Source: Okamejei kenojei
Taxonomy: Eukaryota
Direction of reading: 5' to 3'
Assembly (NCBI GenBank): GCA_035221665.1
Contig: CM069135.1
Coordinates: forward strand, 24,242,001-24,306,000
DNA length: 64,000 bases
Shown piece after piece: positions 1 through 12,275 of the stretch (its first letter is position 1; the number at the start of each line of letters is the position of its first letter). Both the position numbers and the translations under genes were made by a program. The notes under the pieces were generated by a model. That model saw only the letters and a program-made list of their open reading frames with translations, was not told where the DNA came from and ran no database searches.

Positions 1-365
1 CCCCAGGGATTCGGTTAAATCCTGACCTCGGCCGCTGTCTGTGTGGAGTTTGCACGTTTTCGACGTGGCCACTTGGATTTCCCCCAAATGTTCAGGTTTT
101 TCTCCCACATCCCAAAAACATGCAGCATGGTAGCTTAATTGGCCTCTAGGGGTATAAGGTATAAGACCGAGATGTCCCAGAGAGTGGTGAGTCTCTGTGC
201 CACAGAGGGTAGTTGAGGCCAGCATTGGCATGGTAGAATTGAGGAGGATACGAGAAATAAATTTAAATGTGGTAAATGTAGGATTAATGGAAACGGGTGG
301 TTGATGGCTGTCGCTGACTCAGTGGGCCGAAGAGTTTGTTTCCATGCTGTGAATCTCTCTAACTA
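1..365 (+). mobile_element. tRNA-derived V-SINE (HE1-like), truncated by the window edge
   Basis: V-domain-like core GCTGTCTGTGTGGAGTTTGCACGTT...CTCCCACATCCCAAAAAC and a CR1-type 3' tail (GGGCCGAAGAGTTTGTTTCCATGCTGT). Confidence 0.65.
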
Positions 366-1180
366 AACAAACATAGTGAATGCAGGTTGCAATCTTCCAC
401 CCTAGTGATAGAATCAAGGGGGAGTTGATAAGAACATGAGATGCTGCAGCTTGCTAACAGACCTGAAACATTAAAAGTTTATCTTTCCACAGAGGCTGCC
501 TGACCTGCCGAGTCTTTCTAGCATTTTCTGTTTTTACTTCAAAGAACTAGTCTGCTATAACCATCCAACTCCCAATCTCTAGGACTGGTCCCATGGATAA
601 TGCCTTAGTTCTAAATATAGTAGATTAAGGTACTTTGCATTGATTTATTTCTACGACAGGCAGTTCTGCGAGTAAATCAGAGGAAACAAATGATTCTGAG
701 GCAAATCAGCCACAGCAACTGAGAAAGTTAATTTTGGTTAATTTAAAAAAAAAATGATATAGGAAGCTAATGTTCGTAATGTAATAGTGTATTGCCACAA
801 AACCCAATCTGGTTGAACAATGTTTCCCAGGGAAATCTTCCATTGTCAAATCAATCTGGCCTGTAAAGGACTAAAAATGTGGGCGACTTTTAACTGCCAT
901 TACCATACGGATTTATCAAACTATGAGGGAAAAAAAGAGTACAGCTTAAAAGACTACCAGGTTTTCATCAATCACCAATCAGGACAAAGGTGTAATCAAC
1001 CTCTTCACTAAAAGCTGGGGATTGGTGTCTAAATTGGGACCAATATCCCACAGACAAGGAATACTCACAGAATCATACTCACAGTCTTAAACCAACCTTT
1101 CTAAATACAATCTATGGATCTATCACAAGGAATGTCACACGGTTGAGAGTGGACCTCAAAATGGACTCACAACTCACACA

Positions 1181-4100
1181 TCGATGACGTCCGTCTGGTC
1201 AGGGCGAGTGAGGAGGTAATAGAGAGGAGCTACAGGGAGGTAGTCACTCCCAGACCACAGGAGGCAGACAAGTGGGTCACAGTTAGGAAGGGCAAGGGGC
1301 AGAGGCAGGGGCTAGAGAGTACCCCTGTGACCGTACACCTGGAAAATAGGTACTCGGGTTTGAGTACGATTGGAGGGGACAGCCTCGCTGGGGCCAGCAA
1401 CAGCAGCCGGGCCTCCGGCACAGAGACCAGCCCTGATGCTCAGAAGGGTAGCAAAAAGAGGAGGGCAATTGTAATAGGGGACTCTATAGTTAGGGGGTCG
1501 GATAGGCGATTCTGTGGACGCAGTCGGGAGACCCGGATGGTAGTTTGCCTCCCTGGTGCCACGGTCTCGCATGTGTCAGAACGTGTCCAAAAGATTCTGA
1601 TAAGGGAGGGAGAGGAGCCTGATGTTGTGGTACACACAGGTACCAATGACATAGGCAGAAAAGGTGACGAGGTCCTGAAGGGAGAATTTAGGGAGTTGGG
1701 GGGAAAGTTAAGGAGAAGGACCAAAAGGGTAACGATTTCAGGATTACTGCCTGTGCCGCGTGACAGTGAGAGTAGGAATGAAATGAGGTGGAGGATAAAT
1801 GCGTGGCTGAGGGACTGGTGCAGTGGGCAGGGATTCAAGTTTCCCTTCTTGAAATCTCTTTTGGGGAAGGCATGATCTGTACACAAAGGACGGGTTGCAC
1901 TTGAACCCGAGGGGGACCAATATCCTGGCAGTGAGATTTGCAAAGGCTACTGGGGAGACTTTAAACTAGAAAGGGTGGGGGGAGGGACTCGGGTAGAGGG
2001 GGCTACGGGTCAGGGTGTGGGGCAAGAGGCAGAGAAGGGAAGCACTCGGACACAAAATGTAGGCGAGAAAGATGAAAAAGATAATAGACAGAGAATAAGG
2101 GATGGTGGGTTTCTAAAATGTGTATATTTTAATGCTAGGAGCATTGTAAGTAAGGTGGATGAACTTAGAGCCTGGATTGACACCTGGAAATATGATGTTG
2201 TGGCAATCAGTGAAACATGGTTGCAGGAGGGCTGTGATTGGAAACTAAATATTCCAGGATTTTGTTGCTTCAGGTGTGATAGAATTGGAGGGACCAGAGG
2301 GGGAGGTGTTGCATTGCTTGTCAGAGAAGATATTACAGCAGTGCTTTGGCAGGATAGATTAGAGGGCTCGTCTAGGGAGGCTATTTGGGTGGAACTGAGA
2401 AGTGGGAACGGTGTAGCAATACTTTTAGGGGTGTATTATAGACCGCCAAATGGGGAGCGAGAATTGGAAGAGCAAATATGTAAGGAGATAGCAGATATTA
2501 GTAGTAAGCACAAGGTAGTGATTGTGGGAGATTTCAATTTTCCAAAAATAGACTGGGAAACACATTCTGTAAATGGGCTGGATGGTTTGGAGTTTATAAA
2601 ATGTGTGCAGGATAGTTTTTTGCAGCAGTACATAGAGGTATCGACCAGAGAAGCGGCAGTGCTGGACCTCCTGTTAGGAAATGAGGCAGGTCAGGTGACG
2701 GAGGTATGCGATGGTGAGCACTTCGGGACCAGTGATCACAATACCATTAGTTTCAATATAATTATGGAGAGAGTCAGAACTGGACCTAGGGTGGAGATTT
2801 TTGATTGGAGAAAGGCTAACTTTGAGGGAATGCGTAAGGATTTTAAAGGAGTGAATTGGGACACTGTTTCATGGGAAGGATGTAGAAGAGAAATGGAGGA
2901 CATTTAAAGGAGAAATTGTAAGAGTACAGAATCTTTATGTCCCTGTTAGGTTGAAAGGAAATAGTAAAAATTGGAAAGAGCCATGGTTTTCAAGGGAAAT
3001 TGGACACTTGTTTCGAAAAAAGAGAGATATCTACAATAATTATAGGAGGCATGGAGTAAATGAGGTGCTAGAGGAGTATAAAGAATGTAAAAAGAATCTT
3101 AAGAAAGAAATTAGAAAGGCTAAAAGAAGATATGAGGTTGCTTTGGCAAGAAAGGTGAAAGTGAACCCAAAGGGTTTCTACAGCTATATTAATAGCAAAA
3201 GGATAACGAGGGATAAAATTGGACCATTAGAGAACCAGAATGGACAGCTATCTGCAGAGCCAAAAGAGATGGGGGAGATATTGAACAATTTATTTTCTTC
3301 GGTATTCACCAAGGAGAAGGATATTGAACTCTGTGAGTTAAGGGGAAAAAGTAGAGTAGCTATGGAAACTATGAGATTCAAAGAGGAGGAAGTACTGACA
3401 CTTTTGAAAAAAATAAAAGTGGATAAGTCTCCAGGTCCTGACAGGATATTCCCTAGGACATTGAGGGAAGTTAGTGTAGAAATAGCAGGAGCTATGACAG
3501 AAATATTTCAAATGTCATTAGAAACGGGAATAGTGCCGGAGGATTGGCGTACTGCGCATGTTGTTCCATTGTTTAAAAAGGGTTCAAAGAATAAACCTAG
3601 CAATTATAGACCTATTAGTTTGACGTCAGTGGTGGGCAAATTAATGGAAAGGATAATTAGAGATAATATCTATAAGCATCTGAATAAACAGGGTCTGATC
3701 AGGAACAGTCAACATGGATTTGTGCCTGGAAGGTCATGTTTGACAAACCTTCTTGAATTTTTTGAAGCGGTTACTAGGGAAATTGATGAGGGTAAAGCAG
3801 TGGATGTTGTCTATATGGATTTCAGTAAGGCCTTTGACAAGGTTCCCCATGGAAGGTTGGTTAAGAAGGTTCAATCTTTGGGTGTTAATGGCGGAGTAGC
3901 AAGATGGATTCAACAGTGGCTGAATGGGAGAGGTCAGAGAGTAATGGTGGATGGCTGTTTGTCAGGTTGGAAGCCGGTGACCAGTGGGGTGCCTCAGGGA
4001 TCTGTGTTGGGTCCACTGTTGTTTGTCATGTACATCAATGATCTGGATGATGGGGTGGAAAATTGGATAAGTAAGTATGCAGATGATATTAAGATAGGTG

Positions 4101-5003
4101 GTGTTGTGAATAATGAAGTAGATTTTCAAGGTCTACAGAGAGATTTGGGCCATTTGGAAAAGTGGGCTGAAAGATGGCAGATGGAGTTTAATGCTGTTAA
4201 GTGTGAAGTGCTACATCTTGGCAGGACAAATCAAAATAGGACGTACATGGTAAATGGTTGGGAATTGAGGAATGCTGTGGAACAGAGGGATCTAGGAGTA
4301 ACTGTGCATAGTTCCCTGAAGGTGGAATCGCATGTAGATAGGGTGGTAAAGAAAGCCTTTGGTGTGCTTGGCCTTTATAAATCAGAGCATTGAATATAGG
4401 AGTAGGGAAGTAATGTTAAAATTGTACAAGGCATTGTTAAGACCAATTCTGGAGTATGGTGTACAATTTTGGTCACCTAATTATAGGAAGGATGTCAACA
4501 AAATAGAGAGAGTACAGAGGAGATTTACTAGAATGTTGCCAGGGTTCCAGCAACTATATTACAGAGAAAGGTTGAACAAGTTAGGTCTTTATTCTTTGGA
4601 GCGCAGAAGGTTAAGGGGGGACTTGATTGAGGTCTTTAAAATGATGAAAGGGATAGACAGAGTTGACGTGGATACGTTTTTTTCCCATTGACAGTAGGGA
4701 AGATTCAAACAAGAGGGCATGACATGAGAATTAAGGGACAGAAGTTTAGGGGTAACGTGAGGGGGAACTTCTTTACTCAGAGGGTGGTGGCTGTGTGGAA
4801 TGAGCTTCCAGCAGAAGTGGTGGAGGCAGGATCGATTTTAACATTTAAAAGTAAAGTGGATAGGTATATGGACGTGAAGGGAATGGAGGGGTATGGTCTG
4901 AGTTCAGGTAGATGGGACTAGGGGAAAACAAATGATCGGCACGGACTGGAAGGGCCGAGAGGGCCTGTTTCCATGCTGTAATTGTTATATGGGTATATGG
5001 TTA
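1181..5003 (+). mobile_element. CR1 LINE, 5'-truncated within ORF1, ORF2 frameshifted
   Basis: SGNH esterase ORF1 (IVIGDSIVRG, GTNDIG); APE endonuclease (YFNARSI, SETWL, GDFN, SDH); RT (PQGSVLGP, YADD); (GGTTATAT)-type tail; near-identical to 23812-28075. Confidence 0.97.
1975..4921 (+). pseudogene. CR1 ORF2 (endonuclease-reverse transcriptase), broken into four ORFs
   Basis: ORFs 1975-2907, 2951-4393, 4359-4691 and 4688-4921 are consecutive pieces of one APE-RT protein ending ...GRWD. Confidence 0.95.
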
Positions 5004-5809
5004 ACTACAAGAAGTGTTGTCACATGAGCGCAAAAATAGACAAGGAAATCACCGGCTGAATTCCATCTTACTGCCCTCTCCCATCTGAAAAAACAGCAAT
5101 CGTCTACATTGACCACATTTGGAAGAAGCATTCAAGATATAGCCAAGACCTAAAAGATCTAGCTGCAAGCAGAGCCTATGGTAGGTGGTGAAAGGTGATG
5201 ACTACATTACATTGTCAGATGTCCCAGAAGCACCAGACCGTTGCAGTCCTGGTAGGAGTGAGCATCATTGTGAGACAAAGCTTTGTCATCACCTTGAGGG
5301 CTCTTGCCACCTTGTTGAGTTCCAATTCCATAATACTAAAATAGGTACAGTATAGATCCAGCAGCTCAAAACATGACATTCATGAGACACTGGAGAATTG
5401 TATCCACTACTACCCATAACTTCATAGCGTGGCATATCCCTCACTCCGCCTTCACCATTAAACAAGGGAGCCAATGCTGGTTCAAAGCTAATGTTACAGC
5501 ACTGGACTACATATGTATTCTGCACAGACCTAAAATATTCCACCAATCAGCACCTTGCTTCTATATTTAGTCATTAAATAGCAATGGATAATGAACATTT
5601 GCAGGGAGAAGGTGGGACCAGGTACATTCTCATTCAAAACTATGTCAAAGTCAAAACAAGTGAAAGAAGCATTTGCAACCATCTTCTACAGGAAATGTTG
5701 GGTAGATGGCTTAGCACTATCTGAGGTCTCCACTGTTGCACTGGTTACAACAAAGGCGCTTATATCAAAGATTTGGATGAGGATGTACAAGGAATGTTTA
5801 GCAAACATG

Positions 5810-6675
5810 AAAGAGGGTGGCATCCAAGATAGTGAAGATGATTATCAAAAATTGCTGGGCCTTGATCAGTTGGGCAGGTGGGGTAAAGAATGGTTAATGG
5901 TGTTTAATAATGATAAATGCGAGTTGTTGCATTTTGAAAAGTCAAATCAGGGCAGGACCTACACAGTGATTGGCAGGGCTCTTGAGAATGTTGTAGAGGG
6001 ATCTAGGAGTGCAATTACATCATTCCTTGAAAGTGGCGTCACAGGTAGATAGGGTGGTCAAGAAGGCTTTTGGCACATTGGCCTTCATCAGTCATAGTGC
6101 ACAGATGTTGAGAGGTTATGTTACCGTTGCACATGACATTGGTGAGGAATTAGAGTATTGCGTTCAGTTTTGGTTATAGGAAAGATGTTGTTAAGCTGGA
6201 AAAGGTGCAGTAAAGACTTATGAGGATTGACGACTTGAAGGCCAGGCCTATAGGGAGAGATTGAGCAGGCTAGGAATTTACTCCTTGGGCGTGCAGGAGG
6301 ATGAGAGGTGATCTTACAGAAGTATATAAGTTCAAGAGGGAGATAGGGTAAATGCACAGTCTTTTACCCAGAGTAGAGGAATCAAGAACCAGAGGACATA
6401 GGTTTAAGGTGATGGGGGAAAGATTTAATAGGAACCTGAGAGGCAACTTTTTATTTGCACAAAGCATGGTGGGTATATGGAAAGCACTGCCAGAGGAGGT
6501 GGTTGAGGCAGGTACTATCACAATATTTAAAAAACATTTGGACAGGTACATGGATAGGATAGGTTTAAACAGATATGGACCAAATGCAGGCAGGTGGAAC
6601 TAGTGTAGATTGGGCACATTGGTTGGCATGAGCAAGTTTGGCCAAAGGGCCTGTTTCCAGACTGTATGACACAAT
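5810..6675 (+). mobile_element. Old CR1 3' fragment
   Basis: Degenerate RT C-terminus (DKCELLHF, SRTRGHRFKV, GRWN) and CR1 3' UTR. Confidence 0.85.
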
Positions 6676-7009
6676 GACCCGAGGCAATGGAAACAGACAG
6701 AATCCTGCCTGTGGCACTGTACACAAGCTGCACAACTGGTCATCCAAGCTGTTCCAGTGCCATAACGATATTGGCACCAGTCCAACGCAGTGGAAATAGC
6801 TCTGTACGTCATGTCCACGTAAAGCAGAATAAACATCCTTGCACTGCTCAAAGGAAGACAATCTAATAAGAGACTCTAATCAATGATTTTGATGTACAAT
6901 GGCATCACCAGAGACAAATCCATTACTATCAACGTTCCAGAATTCATCAGTTACCATAAACTCAATTAGACCAGGAAATGAAATACAATGCTTACAAGAG
7001 CAAGTCAGG

Positions 7010-7909
7010 GACTGCGTTTACTGCTGTGTATCCGGAGGTGGCGGCGCTGCCTGGCAGCTGCGGCTCGCCTGCAGTCCGTCTGTTTTTTCTTTTTGTTGTT
7101 GTTTTTCTTATGTCTGTTTTAGTTTAGTTTAGTTTAGTTAGTTTATTAGGTTGTGTAAGTGTGGGGGGGTGGGGGGGGGGGGAGAAACATGGTTTAGTCT
7201 CTTCCTTCGGGGGGATACGACCTTTTCTTGTCGTGTCCCCTGTCTCCATCTGCGCTGAGGCCTAATGGCGGAGCTGACGGCCTCGGGGCTGTGGCGCAGT
7301 TCCGGCAGCGGCAGCGACCCGACTTGGAGCTGTGGCGGCACTCCGGCGTTCCGGTAGCGGCAGCGGCAGCGACCCGACTTGGAGCTGTGGCCCGACTCGG
7401 AGCTGTGGCGGTGTTCTGGCGTTTCTGCGGCGGTGGCAGCGCGGCTTCAGAGGCCCGGCCGCGGGCCCAGTGGACGACATCGTCGGGAGCTCGCAGGTCG
7501 CAGGTTGGTGACCTGTTTTTCTGGAGCTCCCGCAACAACAGCTGCGTCCGCTGGACTGGAGGGCGGCAGCTTCGGCAGCTTTGACCACCCCGGGCCGCGG
7601 AGTTGAACCAGCCCGTTCGCGGAGCTGGATTCAGCCGCGGGACTGACTCGCTTACCAACACCCGGCGGGGTCACAACATCGGAGGCCTGGATCGCCTCAG
7701 CGCAGAGGGAGAACAAGGAGGGAAGAGACAAAGACTAAGACTTTTGCCTTCCATAACAGTGAGGAGGTGTTTGGTGAATTCACTGTGGTGGATGTTAAAT
7801 TTGTGTTTATTGGGTGTTTTTGTTACTTTTATTATATGTATGACTGCAGGCACGAAATTTCATTCAGACCGAAAGGTCTGAATGACAATAAAGGTAATCT
7901 AATCTAATC
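7010..7909 (+). mobile_element. GC-rich non-autonomous retroposon with Rex1-type 3' end (copy 1)
   Basis: Conserved hairpins near 7210-7240, 7750-7793 and 7860-7885; TGACAATAAA followed by (AATCT)n; homologous to 21955-22646, 56390-56685 and 57255-57856. Confidence 0.75.
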
Positions 7910-8294
7910 AAAAAAAGTATATTACTTACCTCCCAAAGCATCAAGACTGTGCTATAATCTACAAGGGAGAAGCCAGAAATATTTTTCGTTTGCCTAAATA
8001 AGGCTAGCTCTAAAAGAACCAAGGACATATAAATGAATGCAACAAGCTGCTGGGTGTCTGGCAGCTGCTGCACCTCCAGCATCAGTACATTGTAACTACA
8101 TTATGAACCATCTGCAAGACGGTATGTTCAACAGTTCTTCCCAAACACATTAACTCCAACCCCAAGATTAAAATTGGAAACGTTAAAATCGCTAGCACAT
8201 TTCCCCCTCCAAGTTACACGTCTTCCTAAATTGGAAATGTATCAGAATCTATTTATTTTCTTTGAGGGAGAAATTTTGGAACTCATTTGCAACA

Positions 8295-8587
8295 ATGACA
8301 TGAGAATTAAGGGACAGAGGTTTCGGGGTAACATGAGGGGGAACTTCTTTACTCAGAGGGTGGTGGCTGTGTGGAATCAGCTTCCAGCAGAAGTGGTGGA
8401 GGCAGGATCGATTTTAACATTTAAGAGTAAAGTGGATAGGTATATGGACGTGAAGGGAATGGAGGGGTATGGTCTGAGTGCAGGTAGATGGGACTAGGGG
8501 AAAACAAATGGTCGGCACGGACTGGAAGGGCCGAGAGGGCCTGTTTCCGTGCTGTAATTGTTATATGGTTATATGGTTATATGGTTA
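8295..8587 (+). mobile_element. CR1 3' end, same young family as 1181-5003
   Basis: Near-identical to 4720-5003; (GGTTATAT)3 tail. Confidence 0.95.
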
Positions 8588-8979
8588 ATGGGGGGAGTAG
8601 CTTCACTACAGTGCTTCCAGAAGGCTGCTCACCATCCCCTTTCTAAGGCCAATTATAGAAAGCCAATAAATATCAGCGTTGGCAGCAATGTCCGCATGCT
8701 ATAAAAAATATGCAATAAAAAGGGGGCATTAGCCCTTCAGCCATTTCATGTGCAAAATACCTAAGCATGCAGCAATGATTTGAAACGTATTCTGCTTTTT
8801 AATTGACTATTTTCCCAGCCTAATATGCAATCCTTTGTTGGATTGTTTTACTTCCTTATAAACTGGCATGTTTGCTAGGCAAATAGACACATGTTGGGTA
8901 ACAATGTGTATTGTGTGCTAATTTGCAAGGTGTTTATGACTAAAATTAGTCTACGTGTCTCAACATCTACAGATGGTAT

Positions 8980-10690
8980 CATAGAACATAGAAAAGTACA
9001 ACACATCATGCCAAACACGATCACAAGACAAACCAATCTTTTCTATCTTAAACATAGACACGTTGAAAATAGATGCAGGAGTGGGCCGTTCGGACCTTCA
9101 AGCCAGCACTGCCATTCAATATGATCATGGCTGATCATCCAAAATCAGTACCCCATTCCTGCTTTCTACCAAATCCCTTGATTCCGTTAGCCCTAAGAGC
9201 TAGATCTAACTGTCTTCCTGCACACAATCATACCCCTCCATTCCCTGCAAATCAACGTGCCTATCTAAAAGCCTCTTAAACGCCACTATTGTATCTGCCT
9301 CTATCTACGTATGTTACAATATTTACCTTTAGCGGCGCTGCAGTTCTGTCACTGCCCGTGTGCGCGCCTTTGAGAGGGGGGCGGGTTTAAAATGCGATAT
9401 TTCGGAAGCCTATTCAAATCGATCTTGAACAGGCTATTTAGTTGATGAAGAAAAATCGCTTAGACTGCCGTTCTCTGAAGTGACTTTTAAACTGCGCTTG
9501 CTAATTTAATTGCTGTAGTAAATTTAAAATCATCTTGTAAAGCCATGAACGCCGACAACGGGACGGACCTCACTTAAGGAACATGGCAAGGTACACGGTT
9601 TATTTTTTCATTAAAAAGTGCTTCTTCCGATACCTTTAATCAAAATTTCACGTTGCGAGAAGGTGATTTATTCCCCATACGAACCGGCAGTATTTTTTCT
9701 GCCGAGATGGGTTTAAATTCACCGCAACCTCAACGTTCCAATTGATCACGTTCCAGAAAATCCCACTCGCAAGATGATTTAAATGGGCATTAATTTACAG
9801 GAATTAAACACTAAATTCCTTCCATTTGGCCTACAAATTAATGACAATGAGATTTAAAAATCATGTTATATTGTGAATTCTTGTGTGAATGTTATTTGGA
9901 CACTTAGGCTATTTAAAAATGTTCATCTTTTCTTAAGAAATTGATAAATGTTTAGATCTAGTAATTGAATTTTGTAATTAGCTACAATTGGGTAACTAAC
10001 TAATTATATGCTTTAATTTCAGGTCATCCAAGTAAGATTGTTTCATATTTGTTTCAGAATACTTCAATCTATAATAACTGAACAATTCTTTCAGTTCTCT
10101 TAATTTTTAAGAAAGTTATGGGCTTTTGACTGTACACGATCACAGCTTTTGCGTTAAGTCAATGGAAAAGCAACAGGGAACAAGATGCTAATTTCCGAGT
10201 ATGAAAATGGCCATAACTTTTTTAATACTGAAGATATGAAAGTGAATTAGGTGTCAAATTAAACTTATTTTTATGCTTTATCTGGGATAAATTGCAGACT
10301 TGATTTTTAAAATCTCAAAATTTTGTAAATTTTTGCTACTCTATTACCCCTGACACTGGGTTCCAGGCACCCTTCATCCTCTGTCAAAAAAATGTCCTGC
10401 GCATCTCCTTTAAACTTTACTCTTCTCATCTTAAAGCTGTGTCCACTAGTCTTTGATGTTTCTACCCTGGGAAAATGGTTCTGAATGTTTAGTCTATCTT
10501 TGCCTCTCATATTTTTATCATAAAATCAGGTCTCCCCTCAACTTCCTGCGTTCCAGGGAAAATAATCCAAGTATGTCCAGGCTCTCCTTGTAGCTAATAA
10601 CCACCAATCCAGACAACATTCTACTAAATCTCTTCTGCACCTCTCCAGAGCCTCCACATATTTCCTGAATTGCACACAATACCCGCAATA
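8980..10690 (-). mobile_element. Old CR1 3' fragment interrupted by the 9305-10340 insertion
   Basis: CR1 3' sequence runs on across the insertion (GTATCTGCCTCTAT...TACCCCTGACACTGGGTTCCAGGCACC). Confidence 0.7.
9305..10340. mobile_element. Unclassified non-coding DNA-transposon-like insertion
   Basis: CTAT direct repeat at 9301-9304 and 10341-10344; imperfect subterminal inverted repeats TGTTACAATATTT / AAATTTTGTAAAT; splits a CR1 fragment. Confidence 0.55.
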
Positions 10691-11224
10691 TCAGAGCTTG
10701 GACAAGTCAACAAGTGGGTGGCTGTGTGGAGGACACAGAGAAAGTGAGGAGCTTAAAACAGATTAACTGTCAATTCTATGATATTGTATAAATTTATGGA
10801 TTTACTAATTTGTCAATATTTGTACTTGCTCAGGATATAGAGGAGAGGTAATAAATCAAGTTTCTTATCATTGCAAAATACCAAAATCTATACATGGTCT
10901 AGCAATCATGGCATTCTGGTATCAAACAGCTTCAAGGTCTAACAGGAACTATAATGTTTTACCTTTATGTGGCTGTTCAATGATGTTAGTAATTACTAGC
11001 TTTTGTTCACTATCTCTTCCCTTTTCCTTCTTGACATGTCTAACTCCATCTAAGAGGATGGGTTACAAAGAATATCCATTACAAGTCCAATTTTCTAATA
11101 TCACACCACGCAAAGGCAAATAATTTACCTATTATCAAAAGTTGTGGGCTAGTGCAGTAATTGTGGAATTATAGATTATCATTGTTTTAATTGCTGTTTT
11201 CATAATTACTATTACTAATTGCTG

Positions 11225-12275
11225 ATAGTGTCATAGTGTCATAGTGTGATACAGTGTAGAAATAGGCCCTTCGGCCCAACAATGTCCCAGCTATACTAGT
11301 CTCACTTGCCTGCGCTTGGTCCATATCCCTTCAAACCTGTCCTATCCATATACCTCTCTAACTGTTTCTTAAACAATGGGATAGTCCCAGCCTCAACTAC
11401 CTCCTCTGGCAGCTTGTTCTGTACACCCACCACCCTTTGTTAGAAAAATTTACCCCTCAGATTCCTATTAAATCTTTGCCCCTTCACCTTAAACCTATGT
11501 CCTCTGGTCCTCGATTCCCCTACTCTGGGCAAGAGACTCTGTGCATCTACCCGATCTATTCCTCTCATGATTTTTTTTCACCTCTATAAGATCCCAGCTC
11601 ATCCTCCATGGAATAGAGACACAGCCTACTCATCCTCTCCCTATAGCTCACACCCTTGAGTCCTGGCAACATCCTCGTAAATCTTTTTGGAACCCTTTCA
11701 AGCTTGACAATATCTTTCCTAAACTGAACACAATATTCTAAATGCGGTCTCACCTGCGTCTTATACAACTGCAACATGACCTCCCAACTTCTATATTCAA
11801 TACTCTTAACTGATGAAGGCTAAAGTGCCACCTTTTTGACCGCCTTATCTACCTGCGACTCGACCTTCAAGGAACCATACATCTGTACTCCTAGATCCCT
11901 ATGCTCTACAACACTACCCGGAGGCCTACCATTTACTGTGTAGGTGCTGCCCTTGTTCTATGTCTGAAAATGCAACACCTCACACTTCTCTGTGTTAAAT
12001 TCCATCAACCATTCTTCCGCCCACCTGGCCAATCGATCCAGATCCTACTGCAATCTTTCACAACCATCCTCACTCACTTTTGTATCATCAACAAACTAGC
12101 TAATCTTGCCCTGTATGTTCTCATCCAAATCATTGATGTAGATGACAAACAGTAATGGGCCCAGCACCGATCCCTGAGGCACACTACTAATTCACAGGCC
12201 TCCAGTCCAAGAAGCAATCTTCCACCATCACCCTCTGCTTCCTTCCATGGAGCCAATTTGCTAACGATTCAGCTA
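11225..12275 (-). mobile_element. CR1 3' fragment
   Basis: MLQLYKTQVRPHLEYCVQF motif; PQGSVLGP region near 12150-12180; (ATAGTGTC)n tail as read on +. Confidence 0.9.

Noticed and set aside
7138-7881. Cluster of overlapping ORFs on both strands (also 21936-22447 and 57306-57833)
   Set aside because: Stop-poor GC-rich repeat; the peptides are not conserved between family copies.
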